Source: a virus. Taken from it: a DNA stretch of 64,000 bases. The notes under the pieces are model-generated. The model worked only from the letters and a program-made list of their open reading frames with translations. It was not told the origin of the DNA and made no database searches. Positions 12,301 to 22,084 of the stretch are shown piece by piece. A program made the position numbers and the translations under genes. The stretch lies in the IMG/VR virus record IMGVR_UViG_3300010370_000034, positions 5,808 through 69,807 of that record. One strand, given 5' to 3'. The first letter of the stretch is position 1, and each line of letters starts with the position of its first letter.

Positions 12301-15300
12301 ATGTTACGGCAAAGGAAACAGTAACATTTGCAGTTCCTGGATCAAATACAATGTTATCAATTCTTATACCATTTGGATTATTAATTGGAAGTATTTTTGG
12401 TGTTACATTATATAAACCAGTAGTGTTTCTGATAATTCTTACTTCAGTATCTCCAATATCATATTCAAGAGCAACCTCAGTGTTTACTCTTCCAGTAAAT
12501 CCATCAACAACAGCAAGTTGTGGTGCAACAAAGTAATTTATTCCTGGATTGACTATTTGTATCCTTTTAAATTTTGATAGTGGTTCAATTTTATACGTAT
12601 ATGGGAAGTTTGCAAGGGGTCTTAAAGTTTTGTCCGATGGATAGTCAAATCCAATATCTGTCAGAACTACACTGTTGACTTTTCCGATAGTTTTACTTCT
12701 AGGGAGGAATAATGCTCCAGTTCCAAGTCCACTAACAATTTGAGTTACATTAGGAAGTCTAACATAATTTCTACCACCAGAATCAATACTAATTTTTGCA
12801 ACAGGACCTATTGCTGTTCTAGATGCTGTAGTATATTTTATTGTTGCTTGAGAATCATTGTAATTTTGTCTTTCTGGAGTAATTTCTAGAGAATATTTAA
12901 ATGAGTTAGTAGTAATACCAGAAACTGGAGCAATTCTATTAAATTTACTATTAACTATTGATAATTTGTTTGGATTTTTTACATTAAAAGAATCACTAAT
13001 AATTTCTAGTTTAGATGCACTAGCGCCAGGATATTTGATTGGTGTTAAATTATAGTATAATGATGAGGGTACAAAATCATCTATAATAAACTCTACTTTT
13101 GCTCCTGGTTCACCAATTATTCCAGTTTTTTTTATATTAAATGATTCTTTATTTTCTGGTGTTGTATAGAATTCTTTTTGAAAAAGAGAATCAAAATAAA
13201 TATTGAAATCAAATGAAGGTAAGGATCCAGAAGCTAAAGTAGTATCAGAAAGATCAAAAATAATTGTTGAATTTTTTGTTGCAAATATTTCTGGATTAAC
13301 TGGAGTTATTGATCCCGAAGCTTGAGTCCCAATATTTACAACTTCAATAGCAGTGTTTGATGAAATTTTATCGTAGTAAAAATGTGATAGAAGAACAGTG
13401 TTATCATCTGAAATGATAACATAATATATCTTAGAATTTATTAATCCACTAGAAGGAGTTGCAGAATTATAAATTACTTTTTGTCCAGTTATAAGACCAT
13501 GATTTGGTATAGTTATTGTATTTTTTGATAAATTAATATCAAGATCCGCGAATTCTCTTGGATTTATCAACATGCGTCTATTAATATCATCATAAGAAAT
13601 ATAAAATGTTGTGGTGATTCCAGAAATAACATCAATATTTACTTCATCACCACTAGTAAGATTATGTGATACTTCTGTTACAACCGTAGCTGTTTTTTTA
13701 TAAACATCTCCCCTAATTGTTAGGGGTAAATTTGTTTTAATACTATGAACCTCTCCTGTTCCATAATCTGCAATTCTGAATATTTCTAACACATCAGATC
13801 CGATACCAACAAATCCCCCAGTACTTCCAATTCCTATTCTTTGAGTAGAAACTCCAATAAAATCATTATTATATGCAGCAACATATAACTCTTGAGAATT
13901 TAAAATCGGTATAGTCGTTGCTCCATATGAAACACTAACACCAGTATATCCATGCCCAACATTATACTTTACTTTATCTCCAGTTTTAAATCCATGTTCT
14001 GGAAGATAAAAAGTATTAACAATTGTTTGTATTCCTTTTTTCTGAGTTACTCCAGGGTTGCTGAAAAATAACAATCCAGATTTTTTAGATGCTCTTGTTA
14101 GAGCAGTTCCTGAAGTTTGATAATAAGTACTAGTTAATCTACCCAATTCAACCTGAGCACCCCAAACATAGACCGTAGGTGCTGAATTTAAAGTAAGTCC
14201 TTGTGGACCAAAAGTACCAATTCTTATCCTGTGAGATCCTGCACCAGTTTGTGCGGTAAGACTATATCGTCTCCAATCTGAGGTTAAGGTTACTAATTGA
14301 GAATAATAAAGAGATCCATCATCTAAAATAAAATAAATTTCTTCTCCACCGTTATGACCACGTAAAAATACAGAGAATGTATTATAATCTGATGATAAAG
14401 AAACTGGTTCAAATTTTAATCCAAAAGCATCAGATGCTCCAGTTGTTGAAGCAAAAGAAACTTTTGCAGCATTAATAGAACCATCTGGAGATACAACACT
14501 AAAATACTCTACAAAACCAGTACCTATACCAGATGTGTAATAATCCCATGCTGAAGGTACAAGAGAAGGAGGAACAGGGTTTGAATGCAATATTAAATTT
14601 TCTGATGGAATAATCGCAGTTTCTCTAGGATCAAAATAATATTCACTATTTAAACGATATTCTGTTGTTGTGTTAAATCCACTATTAAAAGTAAATTTTC
14701 TACTTAATTCGGTTAATTCTATTCCAGAGGTGTGCCCTGAAGATACTGATCCATCAAACTGCCTGTATACTTTAATTCTAGAGTCTTGTGGGTATACATT
14801 TATGACCTTAATTTTTTCAAACTCTATTTTATAAACATCATTTACCGATAAAATTGGAAAATTTAAATTACCTGAAACATTTAAGTAAGTAACTATTCCA
14901 GTTTGACCTGCGTTACCAATGCTTGAAGATAGAGTAAGAGTATTTGTTGAAATACCAACCGTATAAGTTGAAGCAAAATCCGTTGATAAAATGTTTAAAT
15001 TTTGAACAGATACAATATCACCATTTATCAAAGAGTGTGAAGTACTTGCAAGACCTACGTATCTTCCACTAGATCCAAATGGAGTGAATTCTACATCAAC
15101 TAATTTGCTAAAACTGTAAGATATTGAACTTACATCTCTTCCTTGAATTTCCGAAATTCTGGCATATGCTCCAGATCCACCAGTTCCTTGACTATTAAAG
15201 AAAATATTATCTTGTATTGAATAGTTATCACCAGGAGAAATTATTTGAAGTTGTGTTAGTTCTCCTGGACTAATACTATTAACTTCAGTAAATCCTCTGG

Positions 15301-18300
15301 TAAATGTATCTGGTTGAATAAATCCCTGATATTTTGTTTTTTCCAGTAATAATCCTAAAGGACTTGTATATCTAATCCATCCAGTTTTATTCAAATCTAC
15401 AAATGATAAATTTGAATATTGATCAAAGTTATATTCTATTGGTTTAGATTTAAAAGTATCACCAACAATATATGGAAATATTGGTTTTAAATAACCATTA
15501 AAGGGCCCAGATGCTTCTTTTAGCGTATTTACTGATGCAAAATATGCATAAGTTCCATTTGGAAATTCTGGAGTTTTGCAATATCTCCCATTATGAATAT
15601 CTAAATCACCATTATTTGTAAATTCATAATCTTGAATGAAATAACCAGGTGGGAAAGACGCTGTAGATGGTCGGTATCCTTTTAATTTTAATTCATATCC
15701 ACTACGAAGTCTTACAACAGCACCACCTTCTTTGTCTGCATATCCATATGGACCATAAATTGGGTTTCCATCATATGCCCATCCAATAATTGGTGAGTGA
15801 TATTTTGTTACGTTGCTTTCATTTTCAATATCAGCACGATAAACTTTATTACCTAAAATATCCAATGATGTTGATAAAAGTTTTCTTCTTAATTCTCTAG
15901 CGGCGTATGCATGGACAAATTGTAGACCTCTTTCTGATGCAAGTGGATTGGTTACTATTCCATCATCGGGATTTACTTGATCTGATTGAAACAATCTTTC
16001 AACAATATTAATATTCCAAGATTTAATTTTAGCTTCAAATCTAGCATTGCTTCCTGTAGGTACTACTTTAATAATTGTATCTACTTGATTATAACCAAAA
16101 CCACTTTCTATAATTTTTACATCAACAATAGAACCATTTTCAAGGACAGGAACTAAAATTGCACCCGATCCAGATCCAATAACTTCAAGTAATGGTGGAG
16201 AATTGTAATTTGATCCAGGGTTATTTACAATAGCTCCAATTATTTTTCCTTGAGAAGATACAATTACGCTAATTTGACCATTTTCACCATTTAGCAATGT
16301 TATATCTGGTTGGCGATTATAGTTTACAACATTTGGATCTCCATAGTTATCACCAATATTCTTCATGGAGACAGATGTTATTTCTCCAGTAAAAATAGGT
16401 CTAATTTTAGCATTAAAATCTTGACCAACAAAAGTAGTAACTCCAATGGGGGATTCAATTTTTATATTAATTGGTTGATATTTTATAAAGTGTTGCCCAG
16501 TTCCAACGTTTGAAAAATCAATAAATCTCTTATTTACATAATTGTAATCTGCAGGTAATGTGCTTCCAACTCCGACTGGTTCAACAACAGCGACTCTAAA
16601 TCTATTTTTATCAACAACATTAACAAAATACTCAAAACTTGTTGTAATGCCTGTTGGCAAACTTCCTAAAGAACCAAATAATATTGTTTCTTTATCAGAA
16701 TAACCATGATTTAATATTGTAATGGTATTATCAAATAAATTAATTGAACCACCATCAAAAAATAAAGTTTTATTTGTATACCCATTACCAGGATTGATTA
16801 CTTCAATAGAAGATATAACCCGTTTTCTATCTGTAGATGTTAATTTTTGAAGACCTTCTCCATAAGATCCCAGAATAACAGTATTAATTCCCGAAATAGC
16901 ATCATCTATTGTATTGTGCAATTTAATACGTACTGGGTCAAGAATCCTAACAAAATAGATAGCATCATCGACTAAGTTACCAATTTTAGTTTGATTTTGA
17001 GAATTATAAATTATCTTTTCAAAATTTCTAAATTTATGGTATGTTGTAAATCCAATAGAATTATTTGCTAAATTAACTTGATCATATAAACTACCAGCAT
17101 TAAAAGATACTGAATGGATAATTTTAGACAAATTTGCCTTTGCTTCTGCTCCTGTGCCGTTTCCACCAGAGATTGTAATTTTTGGTTCATCAGTATAATC
17201 AAAACCTTTGTCCAAAATATTAATTCTGGACAAAGACCCAGTTACATTACAAATTCCTTCTGCACCAGAGCCAAAAATAGTATTTCCAACACCAACATTG
17301 TCAGATATAACCATTATTGGTGGATTGATTACATCGTAATTTGCATCACCAACTGAAGAAACAACGATTTCTTCAATAGGACCAGAATAAATTGTATCTG
17401 ATGATTTATAGTTTAATATTTCAACGCCATTTAAAAATAATCCTACAGTCCCTGGCTTTGTAATTCTGTTTTCAACAATATCATCATCAACACTTGGGGA
17501 AAATTTTCTAATTAAATCCTGTGCTTGTAATCTTCTATCACTGTATTTTAGTAAAGAAAGTTTGTTATTAAATACTGTTCCAAAAACATATACAAATTGA
17601 CCACTTCTAATATTTGATCTACTTGTAGCTAACCTTACTGTACTTGAATTAACTCTGTATATAAAATAAGGTCCTTCTGCGATATTTAATCCAATATTAT
17701 TATTTCTTGAATAATAAACTGCTTCACCACTTATGAAAGAGTTTGAACCAATGTTTATATCAAATCCATCATATTGACCAGTAAATACAACTGATAAGTC
17801 TTCAACAATAATTGGAGTATTATAATAATTTGGTAAAGATGAAGAAACAACATATGTGTCTGCATCGTCAGTATAAACGTTTTGAATATCTGCTGATATA
17901 AAGTTGATTTCTGGTTGGTTATTACTAGTTGTTTTTGATATTCCCTTTCTTATAGAGTATTTTACATTAGTTGTATTGATTCTTGTGGTTAAATTGACAT
18001 CAAACTCATACTTATTAGATACTGCTATAACAAATATATCATATTGATTTCCATCATTTCCTTTTATTGTACCAATGTCACCAAGAGTAAAAATGTTTGG
18101 ATCAAAAGTTTTTATTCTATATTGAGCAGCTCCATTTAATTTTAATGCAACTTGAGTAATTTGCTCAATTTCATATTCTGGAGTAACATTATTGATCCAA
18201 CTGCTTCTTATTTGTTCTTCGCTGTCCGCACCTAAGGAAACAATTTCAACTTGGTCATCGAGTTCATAATAGTATGAAGCATCTCGATCAAACTCTAAAT

Positions 18301-19477
18301 CACCAAGAACTCCAGTAATTTTAACTGTAATCTGTTCGCCAGTATCTGTAATTGCATATGCATAATCTGGTGTAGTTACATCTGCATTTAATTCAATTGC
18401 AATAGGTGAAGACAGTCCAAAAAATTGAGTACAACTTTTACCGTTATATGTGAACTGATACTCGACATTATTATCAAACACCACAAGAGTTCCAGAGTCA
18501 GTAAAACTTAATGTTGAATCAACATCAAGATATGTTTGACCAAGACCAACAGGATTAGTAATTCTTGTTTTGGGATGTACACTAAAATTAAAGGTTTCTA
18601 ATTCTGGATTATAATCTAAACTTAATCTGAAATATTCTTCACCATCTTTAAATAATTGTTCAACATTAGTGATCGAACCAGCTGCTTTTTGAATAGTTCC
18701 TGTTTCATCCTGATATAATGTTTTATTAATTAAATCTTGTGGATTTCCAACTAATCTTTTAATTACTAAGTCTCTTGTAATTCTGTAATCTGCATCTGAT
18801 GGTTGAATTAGAAAATCTCTAGGATTAATAATTTTTACTGGAGATCCCCAAATAGATTTAAATAGAATATCAAATGATGTGTTAGCACCTTTTGCAGAAT
18901 AAAAGTCTCTTAAATTTGATACTAAAACTTTTTCATTTAATTCTTTGTAAAATTCAATATCTTCAAATCCTGGAGCATATTGATATTTAAATTTTTTATA
19001 AATTTCTGCTAAAAATAAAGAGTGTAGATTATATACTATTGTGTCAGGAACATGTGGAGATTTAAGAGTTGTTTCAAACTGTAAAGATGTTGAACTTGAA
19101 GTGCTGTATGTAGTGATTCCACTAAAACCCCTTTTACAGTTTAAAAAAGCATCAAGAGTTTTTGACTCATAAAGAATAATCTCATCATCTATTTGTATTA
19201 ACCCATTGTTTTGTGGGAATCCTTCTGTACTTTCTACTTGTATAGTCGAAGTTCCATAATCAACATCTGATATTAAATTAGTGTAATATGTTAATTCTGA
19301 AATATTATCTAACTGTGTATACTGATCAATATTGTTTAGAATATCTACTGGACCACCAGGGAACTCTAATGATTGATAGTATTTTTTTAAAAAATCAACA
19401 AACTCTGGAAACCCATCCCTAACAAATGTAGGTAGTTGATCTGAAACTAAATTTTTAATATTAATTCTGTTCTTCAT
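6305..19477 (-). CDS. gp7: Giant baseplate wedge initiator (gp7-like), 4390 aa, with an embedded YHYH-like domain, a CBM-like module and internal repeats
   Basis: N-terminal QLPTFVRDGFPEFVDFLKKYY and FYSAKG..SF.ILF motifs; DNDYYQYFSY..HTSGFKKF; position between gp6 and gp8; many GxGY..P beta-repeats. Confidence 0.85.
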   Translation of the reverse strand: MKNRINIKNLVSDQLPTFVRDGFPEFVDFLKKYYQSLEFPGGPVDILNNIDQYTQLDNISELTYYTNLISDVDYGTSTIQVESTEGFPQNNGLIQIDDEIILYESKTLDAFLNCKRGFSGITTYSTSSSTSLQFETTLKSPHVPDTIVYNLHSLFLAEIYKKFKYQYAPGFEDIEFYKELNEKVLVSNLRDFYSAKGANTSFDILFKSIWGSPVKIINPRDFLIQPSDADYRITRDLVIKRLVGNPQDLINKTLYQDETGTIQKAAGSITNVEQLFKDGEEYFRLSLDYNPELETFNFSVHPKTRITNPVGLGQTYLDVDSTLSFTDSGTLVVFDNNVEYQFTYNGKSCTQFFGLSSPIAIELNADVTTPDYAYAITDTGEQITVKITGVLGDLEFDRDASYYYELDDQVEIVSLGADSEEQIRSSWINNVTPEYEIEQITQVALKLNGAAQYRIKTFDPNIFTLGDIGTIKGNDGNQYDIFVIAVSNKYEFDVNLTTRINTTNVKYSIRKGISKTTSNNQPEINFISADIQNVYTDDADTYVVSSSLPNYYNTPIIVEDLSVVFTGQYDGFDINIGSNSFISGEAVYYSRNNNIGLNIAEGPYFIYRVNSSTVRLATSRSNIRSGQFVYVFGTVFNNKLSLLKYSDRRLQAQDLIRKFSPSVDDDIVENRITKPGTVGLFLNGVEILNYKSSDTIYSGPIEEIVVSSVGDANYDVINPPIMVISDNVGVGNTIFGSGAEGICNVTGSLSRINILDKGFDYTDEPKITISGGNGTGAEAKANLSKIIHSVSFNAGSLYDQVNLANNSIGFTTYHKFRNFEKIIYNSQNQTKIGNLVDDAIYFVRILDPVRIKLHNTIDDAISGINTVILGSYGEGLQKLTSTDRKRVISSIEVINPGNGYTNKTLFFDGGSINLFDNTITILNHGYSDKETILFGSLGSLPTGITTSFEYFVNVVDKNRFRVAVVEPVGVGSTLPADYNYVNKRFIDFSNVGTGQHFIKYQPINIKIESPIGVTTFVGQDFNAKIRPIFTGEITSVSMKNIGDNYGDPNVVNYNRQPDITLLNGENGQISVIVSSQGKIIGAIVNNPGSNYNSPPLLEVIGSGSGAILVPVLENGSIVDVKIIESGFGYNQVDTIIKVVPTGSNARFEAKIKSWNINIVERLFQSDQVNPDDGIVTNPLASERGLQFVHAYAARELRRKLLSTSLDILGNKVYRADIENESNVTKYHSPIIGWAYDGNPIYGPYGYADKEGGAVVRLRSGYELKLKGYRPSTASFPPGYFIQDYEFTNNGDLDIHNGRYCKTPEFPNGTYAYFASVNTLKEASGPFNGYLKPIFPYIVGDTFKSKPIEYNFDQYSNLSFVDLNKTGWIRYTSPLGLLLEKTKYQGFIQPDTFTRGFTEVNSISPGELTQLQIISPGDNYSIQDNIFFNSQGTGGSGAYARISEIQGRDVSSISYSFSKLVDVEFTPFGSSGRYVGLASTSHSLINGDIVSVQNLNILSTDFASTYTVGISTNTLTLSSSIGNAGQTGIVTYLNVSGNLNFPILSVNDVYKIEFEKIKVINVYPQDSRIKVYRQFDGSVSSGHTSGIELTELSRKFTFNSGFNTTTEYRLNSEYYFDPRETAIIPSENLILHSNPVPPSLVPSAWDYYTSGIGTGFVEYFSVVSPDGSINAAKVSFASTTGASDAFGLKFEPVSLSSDYNTFSVFLRGHNGGEEIYFILDDGSLYYSQLVTLTSDWRRYSLTAQTGAGSHRIRIGTFGPQGLTLNSAPTVYVWGAQVELGRLTSTYYQTSGTALTRASKKSGLLFFSNPGVTQKKGIQTIVNTFYLPEHGFKTGDKVKYNVGHGYTGVSVSYGATTIPILNSQELYVAAYNNDFIGVSTQRIGIGSTGGFVGIGSDVLEIFRIADYGTGEVHSIKTNLPLTIRGDVYKKTATVVTEVSHNLTSGDEVNIDVISGITTTFYISYDDINRRMLINPREFADLDINLSKNTITIPNHGLITGQKVIYNSATPSSGLINSKIYYVIISDDNTVLLSHFYYDKISSNTAIEVVNIGTQASGSITPVNPEIFATKNSTIIFDLSDTTLASGSLPSFDFNIYFDSLFQKEFYTTPENKESFNIKKTGIIGEPGAKVEFIIDDFVPSSLYYNLTPIKYPGASASKLEIISDSFNVKNPNKLSIVNSKFNRIAPVSGITTNSFKYSLEITPERQNYNDSQATIKYTTASRTAIGPVAKISIDSGGRNYVRLPNVTQIVSGLGTGALFLPRSKTIGKVNSVVLTDIGFDYPSDKTLRPLANFPYTYKIEPLSKFKRIQIVNPGINYFVAPQLAVVDGFTGRVNTEVALEYDIGDTEVRIIRNTTGLYNVTPKILPINNPNGIRIDNIVFDPGTANVTVSFAVTFASSQDYPFIVGEKIIIENTNVDANFGGRGYNSAAYEYKLFRITAANPDIGGDNPTLTFNLTGFLNPGEEPGIFDSFESFGTATPESYFPIFDVDLEKDSFRNGELIVAQDGNIGVVQSYDRRNEFLKIRSKKIFKVDDLVIGASSQNKGLISSVDGVTAKYLIESNSITKKGWLKETGKLNQSFQRIHDNDYYQYFSYAIRSPIEYKVWNPLVSNLTHTSGFKKFSELTIDSYDPSIVGLSTAQDLNALVAISDLTEIVDLNSVKDFDIAREKSIQVNNTLVSNEILFNLPFLAQYQEFIGNRVLTIDDFSDQFNGVNRGFSLKSGGFPIFEVAFNGSDATKLDLADGTIDLGNHFFVSGEEIEYIPPNNNFANAIKISPSDFGPGIGVTNILPAKFIIIKQDNQKVRVATSATNALLFNPIGVGITGVGIGSIHTFRSISPNNRLLITINGTIQSPLVGTAYTIATTSSVGIGSTNIDVVGITSIFSGDLIQIDNEIMLVSSVNGSANILNVKRAWMGTNASTHAANTVVTKFVGNYNVLNNQLHFSEPMWGSIPVGFGTTATSANEVDYTGLTTSSRFSGRVFLRSALNQSITTSFIKAYDNNYVFDDISNQFNGITTTFTLKYQGNDIDNITSNNSIILINDIFQGPQRLGNVLTNIPGDYKLIAAGGQLQVGFSGPVANPSLTNDINANSTPRGGIIVSVGSTEGFGYQPLVAAGGTAVISAAGTITQISIGNSGSGYRSGLQTVKVGIQTASYGSADITYIGIATVVNGHVVGVAITNPKVFYAPRGVTNIGYSSITGVTTVTTSTPHGLQLGEEVAIVGAAFTCDYYPPLGVSTALYDNVSGIMTVTTVGLTTLNVINFTYDNTTGLSTVVTSQPHKLVTQTAIGRSFSLAGLALTCIGYGQTFAVYNFTYDQVTGLSTVLTVGNHGLLAGDNFKMRDLIFECPIGGATGYGQTFTITQFKYDNTTGLATVTTSSSFSGVIGIGSDIRLNNLEFSCPGGSGITTTIFPDGTQGYTFKVSNILSSTIFETNVGVSTIPHTYVENNAGQVTAGLTTTKFPDGSQGYFFTVNTVGTTTSFTVNVGPSTIAHTYVNGGVIQVGINTDIFPGNSIVSPLGNTFKIISVVNANTLTFNSGISTIPHTYVSGGTLTFGHKLKVGTDVILTGLGFTGGLGIVTHPNTNTNDYCGTQVTRINGISQFELNVGVGSTPLSYVSGGTVEEIIIAPRQINNSPTGQDPAANGTGVVKIVDDYTFIINSGPSPYTHFYKRCGKVTKPLDVVFDNPLNYYNIPLIYKQGVVGFGTGATVDLVPSQDSTILNFEMNNFGYGYGSGETLTVAIGGTTGIPTTGITTFKHFELTIDRTYQSKFSGWNVGEFIVLDDISEYFNGRRRLFPLTVNGESISFFARANSGINLQSNLLVFVNDTLQTPGEGYQFNGGSTLRFTEAPKGLVSGFSTTGDTAKLLMYTGTQNIDVKTVDVLPSVKVGDDVQLYSDVDDTFTEERRLVMDVVSADKIITNNYGGQGVTLNELFSRPISWYKQTVDKIIDNEFVGKDRVYYEPAISPNTNIISSVGVGSTYVFVYSIRPLFDDSYEGIPLDERSIVQIMSQDILDSASARATIGAGGSVTSISITNPGYGYTIAPQVTIQKPYGFGTKATATATIGAGGTVTSITVGTGGTNYYYGPMDSITITQQGSGFPPLSPVNNTFYRARLKTETGIGRGATADIQISTLNFNIASVNVIDSGANYAVGDIVYVDTFDNVGLATTSRKWALKSPMKFTVASILPPQVLIAPPERKIEDVIRVDYEGDYGIIVGVGTTSCSGVTTCLGLELDLFIPLNSRIRQSLNISKTGITTGYLFNVVGSVFGSAPQTSLTSGGSVLGVSTQFVDMTFECTHWYTKNTVVPPGISGLASTVGIATTVTTIVVKVLNNPLSGIVGLATTAFYGTYTWGKINMPVRIGPRSFTAQQGTRQSGISSNPIVRRKNPLKYLGYIS
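8700..9950 (-). repeat. Degenerate peptide repeats inside the gp7-like protein
   Basis: Recurring YD(N/Q)xxG, GYGQTF, FPDG(T/S)QGYxF and STI(P/A)HTYV units in the translation. Confidence 0.75.
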
Positions 19478-19481
19478 ATGT

Positions 19482-21386
19482 TTAGAGTCTGATGAATTCG
19501 CCGTTTAAGTAACTAGATGATACTATGTATTGTGATCCTGAGATATCAATTCCAGAGGATATTACATCATTAATCATATTAACATTTGATTTTGAATTAT
19601 CTAATTGCAAGTAAAGGTCTTGTTTACCAATAACATCATTAGATTTTGGTATTGCCGAAAATTCAATAATGTCATCCCCGAATGCTTTTTTAGATGTGTT
19701 TAATATATTCAAAGCATTTAATCTTATCTCACCCTTTATATAATCAATTGTTCCAACGTTCTTTCTAACAACTACTGGTTGATTGCTTGCATCTAATTTA
19801 AAGAGAAACACGGATCCAAATCCTTCCGCATGGGGTAAATCTGAAAGATATACGGTTCCAGTAATTCCATCAACCGAGAATCCAGAGGTTTTAAAATTAT
19901 AACCAGAAGAGTTTTTTATATGAAATTCATTACCAAAGCAAATTTCATATTCTGTAAATTGTTGTAATCTGGTTTTAAGATCTCGCCTTATCTGAATAGT
20001 AGTAATATTAGATGTGATCGCTATTGAAGAATCATCAATCAAAGTTAAAAATTTACTATACTTAAATCTAGATCCATATCTATTTAACTCATCTGATTTG
20101 GCAAATTGTTCTAAAGTTTTTTGAACTTGATTTTTTAAATAATCTGCCGTTCCTTGATTACTATTGTAATATACTTTTGAGTTATATTCGATATATAAGT
20201 ATTTTAAATCAATAAACTCAGGAACAATTCCCGCAACGGCATAAGATCTTAAAGTAATTTTTAAATTGTCTTTAATTGCGTTTGGTAAATATGATCCATT
20301 TTTTGGTTTAACAGTTATAAAAACTTTTCCAAATTTTGGAGGATCTAACTCTTCTCCACCAAATACAGATACTGATTCAGTTTCTGGATATATTAAAGGT
20401 ATCAAAGATTCATAATCTGATGCAGTAACTGCTCTATTTTGAGATGCGTATACTCTTGGTGCTAATTTTTTAATTGATGCAATTGATTCAATATCAGCAC
20501 CATATCCAGCTGCTTCAATTGTTGTTAAGAATGGTTCATCTACGGTAATTGGACTACCATTATTATCAGCAAGTCTACCTGCAAATGTAAAATCCCTAAT
20601 TCCATTTGCAATTGATCCATTGGTAGTTACATAACTAACCATAATATAGTTGTCATTTTTTAATTTGCTCCCAAAAGTTCCATCCCCAAAAATTAGTTCA
20701 TATCTCTGGTCTTCAACTTCATTTAGGAAAAACACATCGTCTGTTGGTTTAACTGCTGTTAAATTGTCTACAAATTTATATGTTCTAGAAATGTTGCTAT
20801 TTTTATTTTCTCTAACAACAACTCTTATTAAAGCAGTATCTATATTAGAATTATTTAAAATAAATCTTTGATTTTTATTTAAACTATTTACGGTAAAATA
20901 GTCTTCAATAAAAGATCCCTCATAAAGGTCAACATTAAAAAAGGTCGCTACTCCATTCGATACTGGAACAGTAATGTCATCTGGTATTGAGTAAATATAG
21001 TTTTCATTTGAAAAGGATGCATTTGATGTAGCAACAATTCCTTTTCTTAAAGTAACTGTAATTGGGTTTGTTGCATAACCAGTTAAATTAACAAAAAATG
21101 ATACTTTTGCCTTAGATGCTTTAACCGATCTTGGAAGGTAACCTAAATTTCTAGCAAGAGATACTACATTCTCTCTTAGTGTCGCCCCATCTAAAAATAC
21201 CTCATTAGTCAACATATTTGCATTATATGAGGTAATGTACGTGTTGTATGCTAGAGTGTCTAGCAGCACACTAAAATTAGATCCCTCAAAGTCATAATCA
21301 GTGTATCTACCATCCGCTCTTAAGAAGCTTTTGATAGATTCTCTTATATCATTAAAGTCTAGTGCTGATACGTTAACTATTGACAT
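19482..21386 (-). CDS. gp6: Baseplate wedge subunit (T4 gp6-like)
   Basis: LDFNDIRESIK, DYDFEGSNFSVLLDTLAYNTY, FGDGTFG and QNRAVTASDY motifs. Confidence 0.93.
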   Translation of the reverse strand: MSIVNVSALDFNDIRESIKSFLRADGRYTDYDFEGSNFSVLLDTLAYNTYITSYNANMLTNEVFLDGATLRENVVSLARNLGYLPRSVKASKAKVSFFVNLTGYATNPITVTLRKGIVATSNASFSNENYIYSIPDDITVPVSNGVATFFNVDLYEGSFIEDYFTVNSLNKNQRFILNNSNIDTALIRVVVRENKNSNISRTYKFVDNLTAVKPTDDVFFLNEVEDQRYELIFGDGTFGSKLKNDNYIMVSYVTTNGSIANGIRDFTFAGRLADNNGSPITVDEPFLTTIEAAGYGADIESIASIKKLAPRVYASQNRAVTASDYESLIPLIYPETESVSVFGGEELDPPKFGKVFITVKPKNGSYLPNAIKDNLKITLRSYAVAGIVPEFIDLKYLYIEYNSKVYYNSNQGTADYLKNQVQKTLEQFAKSDELNRYGSRFKYSKFLTLIDDSSIAITSNITTIQIRRDLKTRLQQFTEYEICFGNEFHIKNSSGYNFKTSGFSVDGITGTVYLSDLPHAEGFGSVFLFKLDASNQPVVVRKNVGTIDYIKGEIRLNALNILNTSKKAFGDDIIEFSAIPKSNDVIGKQDLYLQLDNSKSNVNMINDVISSGIDISGSQYIVSSSYLNGEFIRL

Positions 21387-21788
21387 TTATCTAGTTGGTA
21401 ATAATACAAATTCTAATTGTTGTGGTAGGGCATCAATTCCAACTATTAGATATGTAATCTTAACATCCATCGCCCCTTCATCATAATCTGGAGTAACAAC
21501 CGCTTCAATTAACTCTACTCTTGGTTCAAACTGATTAATTACTTCTATTATTTGAGTTTCTATTTCTCTAGCAGTAAATATATCAATATTTTCAAATAAT
21601 AATTTATTTACAGAAGTTCCTATAGAAGGTTCAAAAAACTTTTCTCCCCTAATTGTTAATACTAGGTTTTGAATTGATCGAGCGATAGCTTGTTCATTCT
21701 TTAAAATAGATAAATCTCTCGTTAAAGGATTTTTCTTTAACGAGAGACTAATATCCCTAAATCCAACACTAATACGCTCTAACGGCAT
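21387..21788 (-). CDS. gp25: Baseplate wedge subunit (T4 gp25/GPW family)
   Basis: AIARSIQNLVLTIRGEKFFEPSIG...FEPRV motif; 133 aa; upstream of gp6. Confidence 0.93.
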   Translation of the reverse strand: MPLERISVGFRDISLSLKKNPLTRDLSILKNEQAIARSIQNLVLTIRGEKFFEPSIGTSVNKLLFENIDIFTAREIETQIIEVINQFEPRVELIEAVVTPDYDEGAMDVKITYLIVGIDALPQQLEFVLLPTR

Positions 21789-21810
21789 TATTTTGAATAT
21801 TATTATGATT

Positions 21811-21818
21811 TATTTATA
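21811..21818 (-). promoter_or_regulatory. T4 late promoter TATAAATA driving the gp25-gp6-gp7 operon
   Basis: Exact TATAAATA 22 nt upstream of the gp25 ATG. Confidence 0.8.
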
Positions 21819-21825
21819 GTGGTTT

Positions 21826-22077
21826 TCACCACTTGTGTCCCCAACTAGGTTCAGTTCCATAAGACCAATCATCATAATCTTCGTCATTACGAATTTTTTC
21901 ATGAAGTTCATTTTGAACCTCAAAATCATGTTTTTTAGGAGTCTTATCATCGTTTGCGATCTCTCGCAACATCTTTTTTTCTTTAGTTTTTTCTTCTAAT
22001 TTATAATCTGATGCCAAACTAGTTGTTCCCCACATGCTATACATGTAGTTTACATCACGATCTGCTGGTTTACCCAT
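21826..22077 (-). CDS. Hypothetical protein, 83 aa
   Basis: ORF with an AGGAG Shine-Dalgarno upstream. Confidence 0.7.
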   Translation of the reverse strand: MGKPADRDVNYMYSMWGTTSLASDYKLEEKTKEKKMLREIANDDKTPKKHDFEVQNELHEKIRNDEDYDDWSYGTEPSWGHKW

Positions 22078-22084
22078 TTTGCTC

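Noticed and set aside
6020-21486. Short plus-strand and off-frame ORFs inside the baseplate genes
   Set aside because: Shadows of long, motif-bearing minus-strand genes.
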